Positions 14,103 through 27,639 of a stretch of DNA of 64,000 nucleotides are shown here, piece by piece (position 1 is the stretch's first letter; each line of letters begins with the position of its first letter). Made by a program: the position numbers and the translations under genes. Origin of the DNA: Octopus vulgaris (lineage: Eukaryota); NCBI GenBank assembly GCA_951406725.2, contig OX597831.1, forward strand, positions 64,170,001-64,234,000, in the 5' to 3' direction. The notes beneath the pieces are model-generated. The model did no database searches. It saw nothing but the letters and a program-made list of their open reading frames with translations, and was not told where the DNA came from.

Positions 14103-17100
14103 ACGATAAGATTGTCAACTAATCTCAATTTGATTTGCTATTTTCCAGAGGTACTACAGTTGTGTTCTTCTGTACTCGCCAGTTACAAGAGAAATTCCTT
14201 GAGCAATACATACTACTGCACATTGTTTGCTTTGACTTCAGCATAGCATTTGATTCCGTAAATCGCAAAGCGTTCTAGAAAATGTGAAGCAAACTTGGCT
14301 ACCAATAAAATTTCCTCGCACTTATGCAGATTTTGAAAACAGCAAAGCCGAAATGCTGAATAATCTTCTACTAAAGATTTTAAATGAGTTTGAAGTGAAA
14401 ATTGGAATACAATATGCATGTGTAATTGTTCCCCACGTTTTTCACATCTTTCTCACAGCTGTCCTTGAATTCACTATAGGCGGATCTTCATCTGAGGGTC
14501 AGATATGCTACGCAGAAAACTGACTCAATTTGACCCACGTACCAGAACAAACATTACGACTACATCAGATGATGCCACAGTTAGTGTGTTTTCGGCTCAT
14601 GCGCTTCAGACGATTTCAGAAATTTCCATTTATGCATATCAAAGTATAGAGCTGGTCCTCAACATATGTAAAACTAAGGTTCTGTACCAACAAGCACCCA
14701 ATTAGTAAGGATCTGATCCAGTCATTAGAGTTCAAGGGCAGAAGTTGGACTTCCAATATCTAGGTGGTTTAATATTGTTAAGGAAGTCTAACATCAGATT
14801 TAATGGGTTAACGCGTTCTTCATATGGAGATCAATTTTTAAGACAAACAACCGAAGCAGATATTGCACCCACTCCTCTATACACTTCTGAAACGTGAACA
14901 AGTGATGGCTGACATCTACGTAAACCATAGATTAGTGAGGTGAATAATGCACATTAAGTAGCAGAAAGGACATAAGAATATCTGCGCATGCACAACCAAG
15001 TTAATATTTTCTATATTGAAACCACTGTTATGCAACATCAGTTTCAAAGAGCTGTCTGTGCGAACACCGAGTCCTGGATTACCCGAAGAACAGGGTTTTT
15101 TTTACCTCTATCAGAAGGGAAGAAATCGGACGTGAGTTGAAATAAAGGAAGTGGTTCAAAGATGTACTTAAAAGAAATCTGAAGAGATTTCACATTAATT
15201 TGCATGAGTGAGAATCGTTGACAACCGATACATATGGGGACAGACCATTTATGGTGGACTCCAACAATTCGACACAGAATCAACTCAACATCTCAACAAT
15301 ATACGTCAGTGTAGAATGCGAGAGAACAAATACCCAGTTTGCGACAGGAGTTTTGGATCCCACATTGTTCTATATAGATAAACACGAGTCCCCCTGAAGT
15401 CGAATCTGGCGCATAATCATCTGTAACCCCGTGAGAATGTCAATGATTTGATGTCCCCTCAAAACCAACCGATTTTCGAAAATATCTCTGCATTTTAGGT
15501 AAACGTCTTTTCGAAAATATTTTACAAATTTCCGTTATCGATGTCCAAATATTAATGGTTATAATGGTTTATATCCAATCTGTAGTTGACGCGCATGACA
15601 ACATGTGCTCATCATCAAAGCATCTGTACAAATTCCCTTTGACTATTAACACAATGGTTCCACACAAAAAAAAAATTGGAGCATTTGTTCAGATATTTCT
15701 TGAGAGAAATCAATACAGCCTGACCATTTGTCTCGTAGAAACCTTATTATTCTCATCATCATTCCTGGTTGTTATTTTGGACAAACGCCAAACAATTCAA
15801 TTTAACTGCAGTCCAACAAATACCAGACGTCTTCGGCTTTCATTGCCAAGTTAAAATTCAAACCTAATCGTCAGCACGTAGAGAAGCATTGAAAGGATGC
15901 ATCGGCTTTTACGTTCTGGGCTAAAGTTACAAACAGGAAAATTGATTATATCTACAAATTATCAATATGTCACAATATGTCACTTTCAATAACAGAATAA
16001 TAATGCAAGAGATTAATAGCAATTACAAAATCCGAAGTTAATATAAAAAGACAATAGACCGTTAATCTCTAGTTTCTCTGTTCGTATTCAAAAAGCATAA
16101 TGAAGTTGGTTCTGCTCGTATAAATACAGTTATGTCTAACATTTCAAATAATGTCTAACATTTCAAAAACTTCAATCAACTGAGATTATCCAAACAATTT
16201 CTAGATTAATTTTGAAAGCATTCACTCCGTACTTACAAATTAGATCTTAAATTAATTTTAAGCAATTCACCATGCTGTTGTTGTGATCATCGTCGTCGTT
16301 GTTGTTGTTGCTTAACTCACACGCCTCTAATTGAGCAGATTTAGAGTAACTCAGAGTAACACACTAACTCAGAGTAACTGCATCCATCATGTTACTGTCT
16401 CTTTTCAAGCATTGTACCTGCATAGTCTAATGTATCTAATCTATCCTTTTCTACAACTGTGCAGGTGTGATCTGCGGGATATTGGACGGTCATTGCAGAA
16501 GCTTCCTCTTTGGCTCGTCTCGATGGTATCTTAAAGTGTTAGAAACCAAACTAAAAATGGTTTTAAATCATAGTAATGACAGAAAATGCTGAAAAACGCG
16601 TTATTCATAACTTTTTATGTACAAGTAGTAAAACAAGAAAAGCAATTGTTTTCTGTTGATTTCTTGTAAATTTCTGATTCAAAATATGTGTAGCATATTC
16701 GTTCTACATAAAAACTGACTCTAAACATAGAAAATAGTTCAAATATTTATTTATATTCGTGGCACTTTTATATTTATGATTTTATATTTCACATAAAACA
16801 GAATTCTATGCGCTTACCGGACTGTAATATGAATGTTGATATCAGAAGGTCTCAATGAAAAATTAAATATACTGAGTAAAGTGTGCATGGGAAATAATGT
16901 AGAACATGCCGAGATGAAATATGGGCACTGTCGAATAAAGAAATTAGTCAACACCAAAGTGGGGCGCATGAAACAAAATTTGGATACATGCAAAGAAATA
17001 ATAGTTCAGAACAAAATATATTCAGCGAGGTCGGCGAATAGTATTAAAATAAGATAAAGTCCATTATTAAGAGAAATGCAAGCGAAAAAAGTACCAAATA

Positions 17101-17291
17101 CTTAGAGTAGAACTATTCACTTGAGCCAGTCTTCCCCCTCTTGGCTACCATTTAGCAATCTCTTCTACCACACTACTTTCTGTTTCTCCATAGTCACTAG
17201 AAAAAGGAGAATTGGCTGTCATTCCAGACCAAAGGAAATTGGTAATAGTTTGTTCCGTCCTTCACATGACAACACCTATTCAACATACCTC

Positions 17292-17848
17292 AGGAGGCAC
17301 ATTGCCTAGTGGTTAGAGCAGCGGACCCGCGGTCGAGGGATCGCGGGTTCGAATCTCAGACCGGGCGATGTGTGTGTTTATGAGCGAAAACACCTAAGCT
17401 CCACGTGGCTCCGGTAGAAGGTAATGGCGAACTTCTGCTGACTCTTTCGCCACAATTATTTCTCACTCTTTCCTCCTGCATCTTGCATCTCACCTGCGAC
17501 AATCAGGACAGCAGGGCTGAGTTTAATTTATCTTGAAGCCTTTTTGGGGGAACTTCTCACTCATAATTGTTAGTGTGCGACTGGTATGATATATTAGAAA
17601 TAAACTAAATAGAAAAGTCGGGCTGATGTGTGAATGCATATATTGCATACATTACTTCCAGGTGGGGAACCGTCCAGGTGGGGAACCGTCCAGGTGGGGA
17701 ACCGTCCAGGTGGGGAACCGTCCAGGTGGGGAACCGTCCAGGTGGGGAACCGTCCAGGTGGGGAACCGTCCAGGTGGGGAACCTATACGTCAAGAAACCG
17801 GGAAACCGGCCCTTATGAGCCAGGCATAGCTCGAAAAGGAACAAACAA
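17292..17848 (+). mobile_element. SINE family A copy with internal templated insertion and 16-bp tandem array
   Basis: TSD CAACATACCTC; insert at 17499-17660; array at 17657-17783. Confidence 0.88.
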
Positions 17849-18699
17849 CAACATACCTCCACAGGTCAGCAAATCTCTGACACAAAACAAATAGGTACAG
17901 AATGGTTTCATAATTCTGCGTGCGCTATGGTTATATCTGGTCTACAGTATTTCTGTGTTGTGTAAATATTATTCTGAACCAACAACACCCCAGGTAGTAA
18001 TTCCAGGCCAAGAACTTTTAGAAGCTGTGAAAATCCTCGGCTGAAAATCCTCGGCTGAAAATCCTCTGATATGAGACACCGCCGTTCGTCCTCATTGACG
18101 TTCAAAATCTCTTGGAGAACATTGTCGTCCATGCTCACCATTAACCCTTTATAGAATGAAATGTTCACGTTCACATTTCAGACGGCGGGCATCCAAGATT
18201 AAGGGCTTTTATTGACCCCTGACTGTATTCCAATGAAAGAAATGAGCTATGGGAAATGAGTCTGAAAAGCAGTAACTGAATCTGCTTACCATCGGGAAAC
18301 GTCTTCAGATTCCACACTCTCAGCATTTTTTGTGTATTCTCTGCTACGGTGCAGCGAGACGTTGCACAAAATTTGTTGACAGCAAATCACTTGTCCAGTA
18401 AAACGTGGCCTTTCAACTAAAAGCGTAAGAGGATACATTCCAGTTTAATTAGGAACAAGCAATCCTCAAACTTAGTCGATGAATTACAATGGAAGTAATG
18501 TATGCAATATATGCATTCACACATCAGCCCGACTTTTCTATTTAGTTTATTTCTAATATATCATACCAGTTGCCCACTAACAATTATGAGTGAGAAGTTC
18601 CCCCAAAAAGGCTTCAAGATAAATTAAACTCAGCCACGCTGTCCTGATTGTAGCACAAGAGGTCCCTAATCTGAAAGCATCGTCTTTGCTGTTGTTTAT

Positions 18700-19250
18700 T
18701 TTCAGGACCACTAACTTTCCATCTGGACCGAAGGTTTGGGGTTGTCGCAGGGTGGTTTTTGAAATCTTTGCGATTCCGTTGAAGTAAGTATGATATTGTT
18801 ATAATTGTTAAAGGTCTCCCCTCGTGGGTGTACCACGTTTTGTTCCTTGTTGAAATTGCTGTTTTCTCTAACGAGTTTTTGTTGAATTGTGTTTTTTTCT
18901 TCCCATTTATGGGAGAACCGGCGAAAAGAAGTATAATGGAGACCGAAATAGGAAATATCCACAGTTACGCGGCTGCAACTGGCAGAGGAATAGAAGTAGA
19001 AGTTAAAATTGAACCAAGAAAGCTGAAAGAAAGCGGCAAGCTTTTGGAAAAGGAAGGCCACAACCTTAAATTAACGCCCTCAGTTGACTTAACAAATGGA
19101 GTTAAGAAAAGGACAGTGATATACAAAACGGTGAATGTATCGAGAAGGAAAATTGAAATAGCTACGATAGAAGACATTGAGAAGTGTTTAAAAGAGGTCA
19201 AAAAGGTCACCACGTTTATAACAAGAGGAAGAAGATATGGCACAGTGGAG
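18700..19250 (+). pseudogene. Possible 5' fragment (ORF1-like) of a non-LTR retrotransposon
   Basis: Non-repetitive K/E-rich reading frame beginning METEIGNIHSYAAATG (SYA.A motifs are common in LINE ORF1), ending abruptly. No diagnostic domain. Confidence 0.3.
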
Positions 19251-20179
19251 AAGCATGAGAGACCTTTTCGTATTAATTATCTCTGACATGTCTATGGACG
19301 AAACAAAATGCCTTTTACTTTAGTCACTGCTTTTTAAAACTTGGGTTCTATATTCTAAGTTGCCTATGAAGAGAAAGGTAGAGGGGAGAGAATCTATAGC
19401 TACTTTCATTATATCATGATTTGACCTTAGTATCTGGAAATTTAGATGCAGTGACATTCAATAGATTCTCGTCATAGTTGTTAAAGCAAAAGACAAGCTG
19501 GGAGAGTGCCAATGAGGTATTATGTCACATGTGTCTTTGAAAGAGATAGCAAAAATTTCATACTGTGTCTGTAAGTTAACATTTGCTCTATTTTTCAATT
19601 CATTATTGCTGAGCGAAACATTAACTGCAACGTTTTAGAGAATGGCAATAACCCGCATCGTCGTATATTTAAGAGTTCTAGTTAAAGTTATCTTCTGTGT
19701 GGTGTTTTCTGTTTGCATTGTTTGGAAGCAGCCTGTGGTTATACAGTCGAAATGAATTTTCACATAAAAAACTTTTATATTTTTCTTGTTGCATAATTTA
19801 TTTACTGCTTTTGTGAAAACGTTTGTTAACGATTGATTTGCCACAAGGGCAATATGCTCTTAAAAGAGTGAAGAATTGAACCAAATAATATTTCTCTCCC
19901 AGGTGCATTTTATTATGGTACTTCTTAGAAGTTATAATCTTTAGTTATATGTCTTTTGAAGTGTCCGTGCACAAGTATCTGGTTGTATTTGTCTTCAGCA
20001 TTGTAAAAAGTTACTTTATTGAAGAAATCTTCGTTTTTTACACTTGTTATAGATATTTTGTTCATACCGCCTAAAAAATGGTTGGAATCTGAATGAACCA
20101 CAATAAGTTAATATATAAGTAATATCCTACCCAGAAAACTTTACTTATTAATGAAACGAGTATGTATTTCGCGGGGTGG

Positions 20180-20420
20180 GCATGTGCGTGTATGTGTGTG
20201 GGCGTGTGTGCGTGTGAGTGGGCGTGCCTGTCTGTGCGTATGTGTGTGGGCGTGCGTGTGGGCGTGCGTGCGTGTGCGTGCGTGCGTGTGCGTGCGTGCA
20301 TGTGCGTGCGTGCGTGTACGTGCGTGTGCATGCGTGCATGTGCGTGCGTGCGTGTACGTGCGTGTGCATGCGTACGTGTGCGTGCGTGCATGTGCGTGCG
20401 TGCGTGTGCGTGTGTGCATT
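20180..20420. repeat. (GTGC)n-type degenerate microsatellite
   Basis: Direct reading. Confidence 0.9.
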
Positions 20421-20952
20421 TGGCTGTATGTGTATATTCATGTATGTGCATTGGTTTTGTGTTGGTTTCAATCATCCAACTATGACCATGCTAATGTTTT
20501 AACCCCTACCCACGCCCACATTAGTTTGAAAATAAATATTCCTGGTTCGATTCCAGATACAATCTACATGTACAGGAATAAGATACCTGTTGACGATCGG
20601 AAATTAAATAGATGAAAAGTTAACGGTCGTGTAAATAGTTAATAAAAATGTTTCATCGCTAATCATAAAGTTAATGATAGTCGTAAAAAAAAATACAATA
20701 TCAATAATTCTTTCTACTTTCTTGCTTTCTATTGTAGACACAAAGCCTGAAAATTCAGGGGAGGGGCACAGTCGATGACATCGACTTCAATGCTCAAGTG
20801 GATATTTATTTTACCGACCCAAAAAGGATAGAAGGTAAAGTTGGCCTCGGTGGAATTTGAACTCAGAAAGGTGAGCATGGACGAATTGCCGTTAAACATG
20901 TTGTCCGGTGTGATAACGATTCTGACAACTCGCCAAGTTATAACCATACCAT

Positions 20953-21124
20953 AGGCGCAGGAGTGGGTGTGTGGTAAGTAGCTTGCTAACCAACCACATG
21001 GTTCCGGGTTTAGTCCCACTGCGTGGCATCTTGGGCAAGTGTCTTCTGCTATAGCCCCGGGCTGACCAATGCCTTGTGAGTGGATTTGGTAGACGGAAAC
21101 TGAAAGAAGCCTGTCGTATATATG

Positions 21125-21158
<34 letters not shown>

Positions 21159-21377
21159 CGTATATGTTTGTGTGTCTGTGTTTGTCCCCCTAGCATTGCT
21201 TGACAACCGATGCTGGTGTGTTTACGTCCCCGTCACTAAGCGGTTCGGCAAAAGAGACCGATAGAATAAGTACTGGGCTTACAAAGAATAAGTCCCGGGG
21301 TCGATTTGCTCGACTACAGGCGGTGCTCCAGCATGGCCGCAGTCAAATGACTGAAACAAGTAAAAGAGTAAAAGAGT
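20953..21377 (+). mobile_element. tRNA-derived SINE family C with internal (TA/TG)n
   Basis: Head GGCGCAGGAGTGG..GTGGTAAG, B-box-like GGTTYAGTCCC, CORE-like CTTGGGCAAGT, and tail (GTAAAAGA)n. Confidence 0.85.
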
Positions 21378-21974
21378 ATACCAATATTAGCTCGTATCAA
21401 ATATCTATACATTTAATCATCATCATCATGTTTTTGTTCTTTCCTTCTCCTTTCTTTTCTTCTTTATGACTGTTTTAACCTCTATTGGCCTACATTCAGG
21501 ACGAACTTGCAGCCATGATAGGATCAAATTTTCATTGAGTCATTACGCTGTTCTTCACTGATATGCTAACCTATATTCTTACTACATACTGCTATGTAAT
21601 TCCCTTAGCTTATTTTAACCATAAAGCCACAAAATTCAGCTGATGACCTATGATATGTCAGTGTAATATATATCAGAAACCGTCGATATTGACCTTTAAC
21701 ATAGACAAACGGTTGCGAACTTGAGGAATGATTTTTGTTTTTGTTTTTTGTTTTGCGAACTTGAGAGATGTTATGCATTGGTGTTAAGACTTGAGCAATG
21801 CCTTAGGTTATCGATCCGGAAAAGATGAAATCAACGTTGATATCAATAGAATTTTGAGATAGAACGCAAAGGGGCATTTTTAAATACCGCAACATATATT
21901 GCCTGACGTTCTATCGACTTTGCTGTCTATGGCCAACCACATAAGCTGTCAATGTTATTCGTCGCATTGAAACT

Positions 21975-22372
21975 GAATCGTTAGCACGCCGAACAAAATG
22001 CTTAGCGGCATTTAAATGCGTAGTCGTATTTCGTCTGTAGTTACGTTGTGATTTCAAATTCCGCCGAGGTCGACTTTGCCTTTCATCCTTTCGGGGTCGA
22101 TAAATTAAGTACCAGTTACGCACTGGGGTCGATATAATCGACTTAATACCTATGTCTGTCCTTGTTTGTCCCCTCTATGTTTAGCCCCTTGTGGGTAATA
22201 AAGAAATAGGCATTTCTTCCGGTTTCACATTCTGAGTTCAAATTCCGCCGAAGTCGACTTCGCTTTTTATCATTTCGGAATCGATAAAATAAGTATCAAT
22301 TGAGCAATGGCGTTGCTGTAATCGATTAGCCCCCTCCCTTAAAATGTCAAGCCTTTTGCTTATAGTAGAAAG
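21975..22372 (+). mobile_element. SINE family B tandem copy
   Basis: Two bodies joined at AAAGAAATAG|GCATTTC. Confidence 0.8.
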
Positions 22373-23048
22373 AAAACAAATATTTTTCATCGCACTGCAT
22401 CGCTCAATAATGTTTTTTTTATTTATTTATTTGTTCGTGTTTGCTTCCAAATAAGCCAACGGAGATCCATTTCAAATGGACGATCATCTCGCTAGAAATA
22501 GCAGCGAAGTTCCAATTAAATCAGATCGCTAATCTTAAGCGATACATTTCATGATATAGTCCCAGATGATAGGTGGAGGTCTCGGAATGCTTTTCATCAT
22601 ATATTTGCTGGATCAAAGTTGACCTGGAGCAAAATAAACAACGACAACAACAGCAACAACAACAACGATACTGTACAAGGATAGAAAAGTATGACCGGGA
22701 TTGTTGTTGTGAAATTCGGATATATTTGATTCATCGTTTTATAACGGCACAATACTATTTTATGGGAAATAAAGACAGGTTTTAACATATTTTGTAACGA
22801 GTAGAAATAGTTTATTATTTGACTGCTATCAGCCAATGGAACTTCAATGGTATTAGTCGATAACACCGATCCCAATATTGTTTAAAGGTTTATTAACTTC
22901 ATATGGGTGAAAGACGAGCTGGTATTTGCCGCAAATGATCGTAATCAGAGAAGAACCAATAACATAAAGTACGTTTCTGTGATGTTCCGGTTCTGTTATT
23001 TCTCATCGACATATACACACACACTCTCTCTCCCCCTCTCTCTCTCTC

Positions 23049-23079
<31 letters not shown>

Positions 23080-23394
23080 CTATCACGCACACACACATAA
23101 ATAAACTCACACACACATGCATACACACGCAGCCCACCCGCAAATACACAGAGCTTATACGTCAAGTGGTCGAGCGCTGCCTTTATTTCATATTTGAATA
23201 TAGCCATGGTAGATCGCTAGCCACTACACATTCTTTATTTTCTCTCCTTGTTTCTTCCTGTATTCCTTTCTGTGGAAGAGCGTAGGCTCGAAACATTAAA
23301 GACTTTTTCACTTCCCAAGCGTTAAACTAATACATCTGTTTGTTGTCTACACCACCAGTCTTCGTCTTTTGTTGTTGTTTTTTGTGAATTCTCC

Positions 23395-23452
<58 letters not shown>

Positions 23453-25694
23453 TGAGAGAAGCGGAGGGGGGGGGAAGAGAGTTGGGCAAAAAGTGCGTTC
23501 GATTCTTGTCGACATTAAACACTAATAAATAGTTAACTTCGGTTTGTACCTTGCGCATGCGCATTCATTAGGTACCTGACACTTCAACGTATATATATAT
23601 TTTTTGTTTAAGCTGCAAAAACATCACAAAAACTGCTACTCAGAGTTTCAAGTTCCCAATTGTCCGACGAGCGGGAACGTGAAACTCTGAGTAGTAGTTT
23701 TTGTGATGATTTTGCAGCTTTAATAATGAAAAAAGCATATTACTCTACCTTCCGTTGTTTTTATGTGCTTTTATGTGCTTATTCATATATATATATATAT
23801 TATCCTTCTTTTCTTCTCAATTTCATTTACAATACTTTGGTTGACCTGCAGCTATGGTAGAAGACTCTTGCCCAAGGACGGGTGTAACTGGATCGAACAC
23901 AGAGCCACCTGACTGTAAAACGGGCTTCTTTATTTCATGGGTATGCCTGTACCCAGTTTGTAGATATTTAAAAAAAAAGTTATCAGTTAAAGAATCTTGT
24001 TACCCTATTTAGTTTTGGCGGGAGGGATATTTTTCACATCTGCTCAGACATACACTTATCTAAAGTCCTAAATAGTTGTTGATATATATTCATGCAGATC
24101 TACAAAGGCTTCCAAATGGACATTAACAATGAGACAGGAAAAACTATTTTTTATTCATATGTCAAAGTCACTATCGATATTAAGGTGAAGTTTAAAGTTT
24201 TTTGTTACATAAAACTAGACAAAATATCAAGCAAATTGTTGCCGTTTTCCATAATTGAAACTAAAGTGCATATAACTCGTTATTGCGTGCGTATGTGGTT
24301 CTGTATGAATTGACCGAAAAGTTCTGAAGGTGACATGGATTCTTATTTCCAAAACAACAGAAGGAACTATATTTGCGTATTGTGTCTGTTTGATCAGAGG
24401 GAAAAAATATTCCGTCCAAAATATTTATAGAATTCTTGTGGAAATAAAGTAATGTTGTCTGTCATCTTATAAGATAATACGTTGAATATTAGATGAGAAC
24501 GTACAGCACGTTCATTTCTAGAAACAACAGACATACGGGTTATCCAAAGAAACATGAAATAAGGTGGTAGGTTAAGATCTCAATAAACAAGGGTTTACAG
24601 GAAATAAGAATAATGACAGCACGAAATAGGCATCTAGTGAATTGATGTGTATAACAGATGACAGCAGGCTAAACAGAGATTAAAATGACCGAAGAGATGG
24701 AGGGGAAGATAGTATTGCTCTTATTGACGGAGAGGTTAATGCGAATGAATTATTAATGCAAAGTTAGATAGACGGAGCTTCAGAAACACGCATAAAGAGA
24801 AAAAAAAACAAGAAAATGAAAACGGAAGGAAGGAAAGTTCAATGCGGGTTAAGGAAGAGAGATAATTAATGTTCGTATTATTATTTTTCCTTCTCAATGC
24901 CAAGCACCAATTAATTTACAAAGTCTGGTTATATTTTTAGATTTTTCACCCAAACATTAACGATAGTCATATATAAATGTAAAAATAAAAAGGTTATATT
25001 CTTATTTGTCAGAGAAGGCAGCCATGCCGAGTTTATAAATTTAAAATTTTGTTATCCTTCTTGTTATTGTTTTACGTTGTATTTCTTTTTTTATAATTGA
25101 ATGCTTTTTAACTTATTTTATTTATTTTTATTACTTTTATTGCTAATTAGTATTTCGAAAATCAAATTCGTCAATTAAAACACCTAAAAGGCATGTTCTT
25201 TCTGCAATCGTCCATTACGAAGAAATCAATAAAGAAATACATCAATCAGAGTCGTGACAGACATTTCCATTTATTGCCAACAGCTAAATATCTAAAATAG
25301 TTTGGTATCACTGAGGTAGAGTGCTGAACATGAGTGGCTGCAGGAATTTTAGCAGAGGGGGTGGGTAGGCAAAGAGAGAGAATGGTCAAGATAGGAGTTA
25401 GTGGGATGTTTAACATGCAAGTGACATGGAGTGCTTAAAATCCATAAAGTGAAGTGCTCAGCCTGGATGGGTTCAGCGTCTAACAACGGTGTGGATAGGC
25501 ACCTTAACATGAACGGCCAGAGCATTCGATAATCGAGGACAGATGTAGTGTAAAGAGTATCAAGAGGTACATTGATTAATAGTGATTATTAACACAGAGA
25601 AGCAGCAGTGATCAACACCGAGATAGAGATCAAGTGATCAGTTCATAGCTACTGTGCTCAACAAATAATTCATTCTGTTGATAAGTGTATCCTT

Positions 25695-26123
25695 GGCTTT
25701 TTTCGGTTTGAACGGCAGTTTTTTCTAGCGGTGTCATATGAACTTGTCACCCATAATTATGACCCTAGTATCGATCTATTGCATTTCAATATGTTTTAGG
25801 GTTAGGGTTAGTTAGGGTTAGGGGTGGGGGGGAAGGGTATCATTTTTTCTTCACAGATGTAAATAAACCCAGTCTGTTTCTTAAACGAGGGACATATTCA
25901 TACGGTACAGAATGTTTTTTACCTCAATAGACGTCAGTGATTGGTTGAAATTGAAGAGATTGAAGAAAAAACAACAACAAATATCTTACAAACCATAGAA
26001 TTGTCTCAATAAAGCCAAGAGAAAAAGATGTTTTATAAACACATTCTACCAGCATACGAAGTTTAAAATTTTTTAGTTACCTAGAAATTATGTTAGAAAC
26101 TGCCGTTCAAACCGAAAAGATCC
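25695..26123 (-). mobile_element. MITE family M1, copy 2
   Basis: Same internal sequence in reverse orientation; TSD GTATCCTT on both sides. Confidence 0.9.
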
Positions 26124-27336
26124 GTATCCTTCTATATGTATGTTGTTCAGTGTATTGATCATTGTATCACAGTGTTAACCACTATAATACTATATCACTG
26201 TTTCCACATTGTATCCTCGTCTTGCTCATTGCATTTCTATGATAGACTAATCCACACGGTGGCAGAATAAATGACTGGGTCATTCAGCCATACAGAAATC
26301 AGACACTAAAAGGGAGTCTGAATAATGATACAATAACCAACGCAGAGATACACTGATCAAAACAAATCTGATTGACCAACTTATACAGAGATCAACAATG
26401 TGATTCAGTGATCAAATATAGCGATCAACAGAGATGCAGTGATCAACATAGTGATTCACTGATACAGCGGTCAACATATTGATAGAGTGATCGAACACTT
26501 AGTGCATGGATTAATATAGTGATACAGTGGTCGGCACAGATATATAAAGATTGATATATCGATCACTAGAGTCATAGATTCATACAATGCTATTAGGACA
26601 TAATGATAAACACCAGTGCAACAGTAACAAACATAAGAGATCATTACATTGATATGATGATCGACCTTATGAACAAAGATATACAAAGAGATATATTGAT
26701 TAATACAGTGACCGACTGAGAGACTATAGCAACCACAATGAGATTATAATCAATGCAGTGACACTGTGATCAATTCAGTGACACAATGATCAACTCGATG
26801 ATATAGTAACTAGCAGAGAGACATAGTAATTAAATCAATGTTAACTGATGGCAGAGCCAATGACAAACTGAGCAACTCAGAAAAACAGTGATCTGCTTTG
26901 AGACACGGTGATAAACAGAGAACTATAATGACCTGCGCAGTTTCACTGATTCAATTATCAACACTCTGACCCACCCAGTGATGAAGTGTGTGGTGCAAAG
27001 ATACAGTGGTTGATACACAGAGAGAGTGATAAACAAGGTTATACAGGGAACACTAGGGAGATCGAGTGAGCAATACGGTAATTTATTGATCAACACAGAC
27101 ACATTGATGAATACGGATATATGCAGAGATCAAAAAATAGAGATACAGTACGCTACAGCGATATAGTAATATAGTTGTCTGATCAACTCAGTAATACAGC
27201 GATTGACATAAAAATATTGTGAGTAATAGAATGTTAGAGTGATGAACATACAAATAGCGATAACAAGACGTTGAAATAATGTTTAGGACAGTTATTAATG
27301 CAGACATACAGCGAATCAGTGTTGCAATGCTGATGT

Positions 27337-27639
27337 TCTCTCTCCTTCTCGGGCCATGCCTGGCTCATAAGGGCCGGTTTCCCGGTTTCTTGGCGTATAG
27401 GTTCCCCACCTGGACGGAACGCCGGTCCGTCGCAGGTGAGCTGCAAGATGCAGGAGGAATGAGTGAGAGAAAGTTGTGGAGAAAGAGTCAGCAGAAGTTT
27501 TGCCATTACCTTCTGCCGGAGCCGCGTGGAGCTTAGGCGTTTCGCTCATAAACACACACATCGCCTGGTCTGAGATTCGAACCTGCGATCTCTCGACCGC
27601 GAGTCCGCTGCTCTAACCACTAGGCCATGTGCCTCCACG
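27337..27639 (-). mobile_element. tRNA-derived SINE family A
   Basis: Reverse-complement copy; TSD ATGCTGATGT. Confidence 0.9.

Larger units (their letters stand above)
11700..15400 (+). pseudogene. Heavily decayed RTE (BovB-like) LINE, interrupted by two SINEs
   Basis: Motif remnants in the expected order: DIAAVSEIRLADE, GISERLVT, WHVIDYV, TDHHLI, DFSIAFDSVNR, GIQYACVIVPHVF, LNICKTKVLYQ, FQYLG, FKDVLK. Boundaries approximate. Confidence 0.8.

Noticed and set aside
17657-17783. Short direct-repeat array resembling CRISPR
   Set aside because: Units are contiguous with no spacers, derive from the SINE body, and no cas genes are present.
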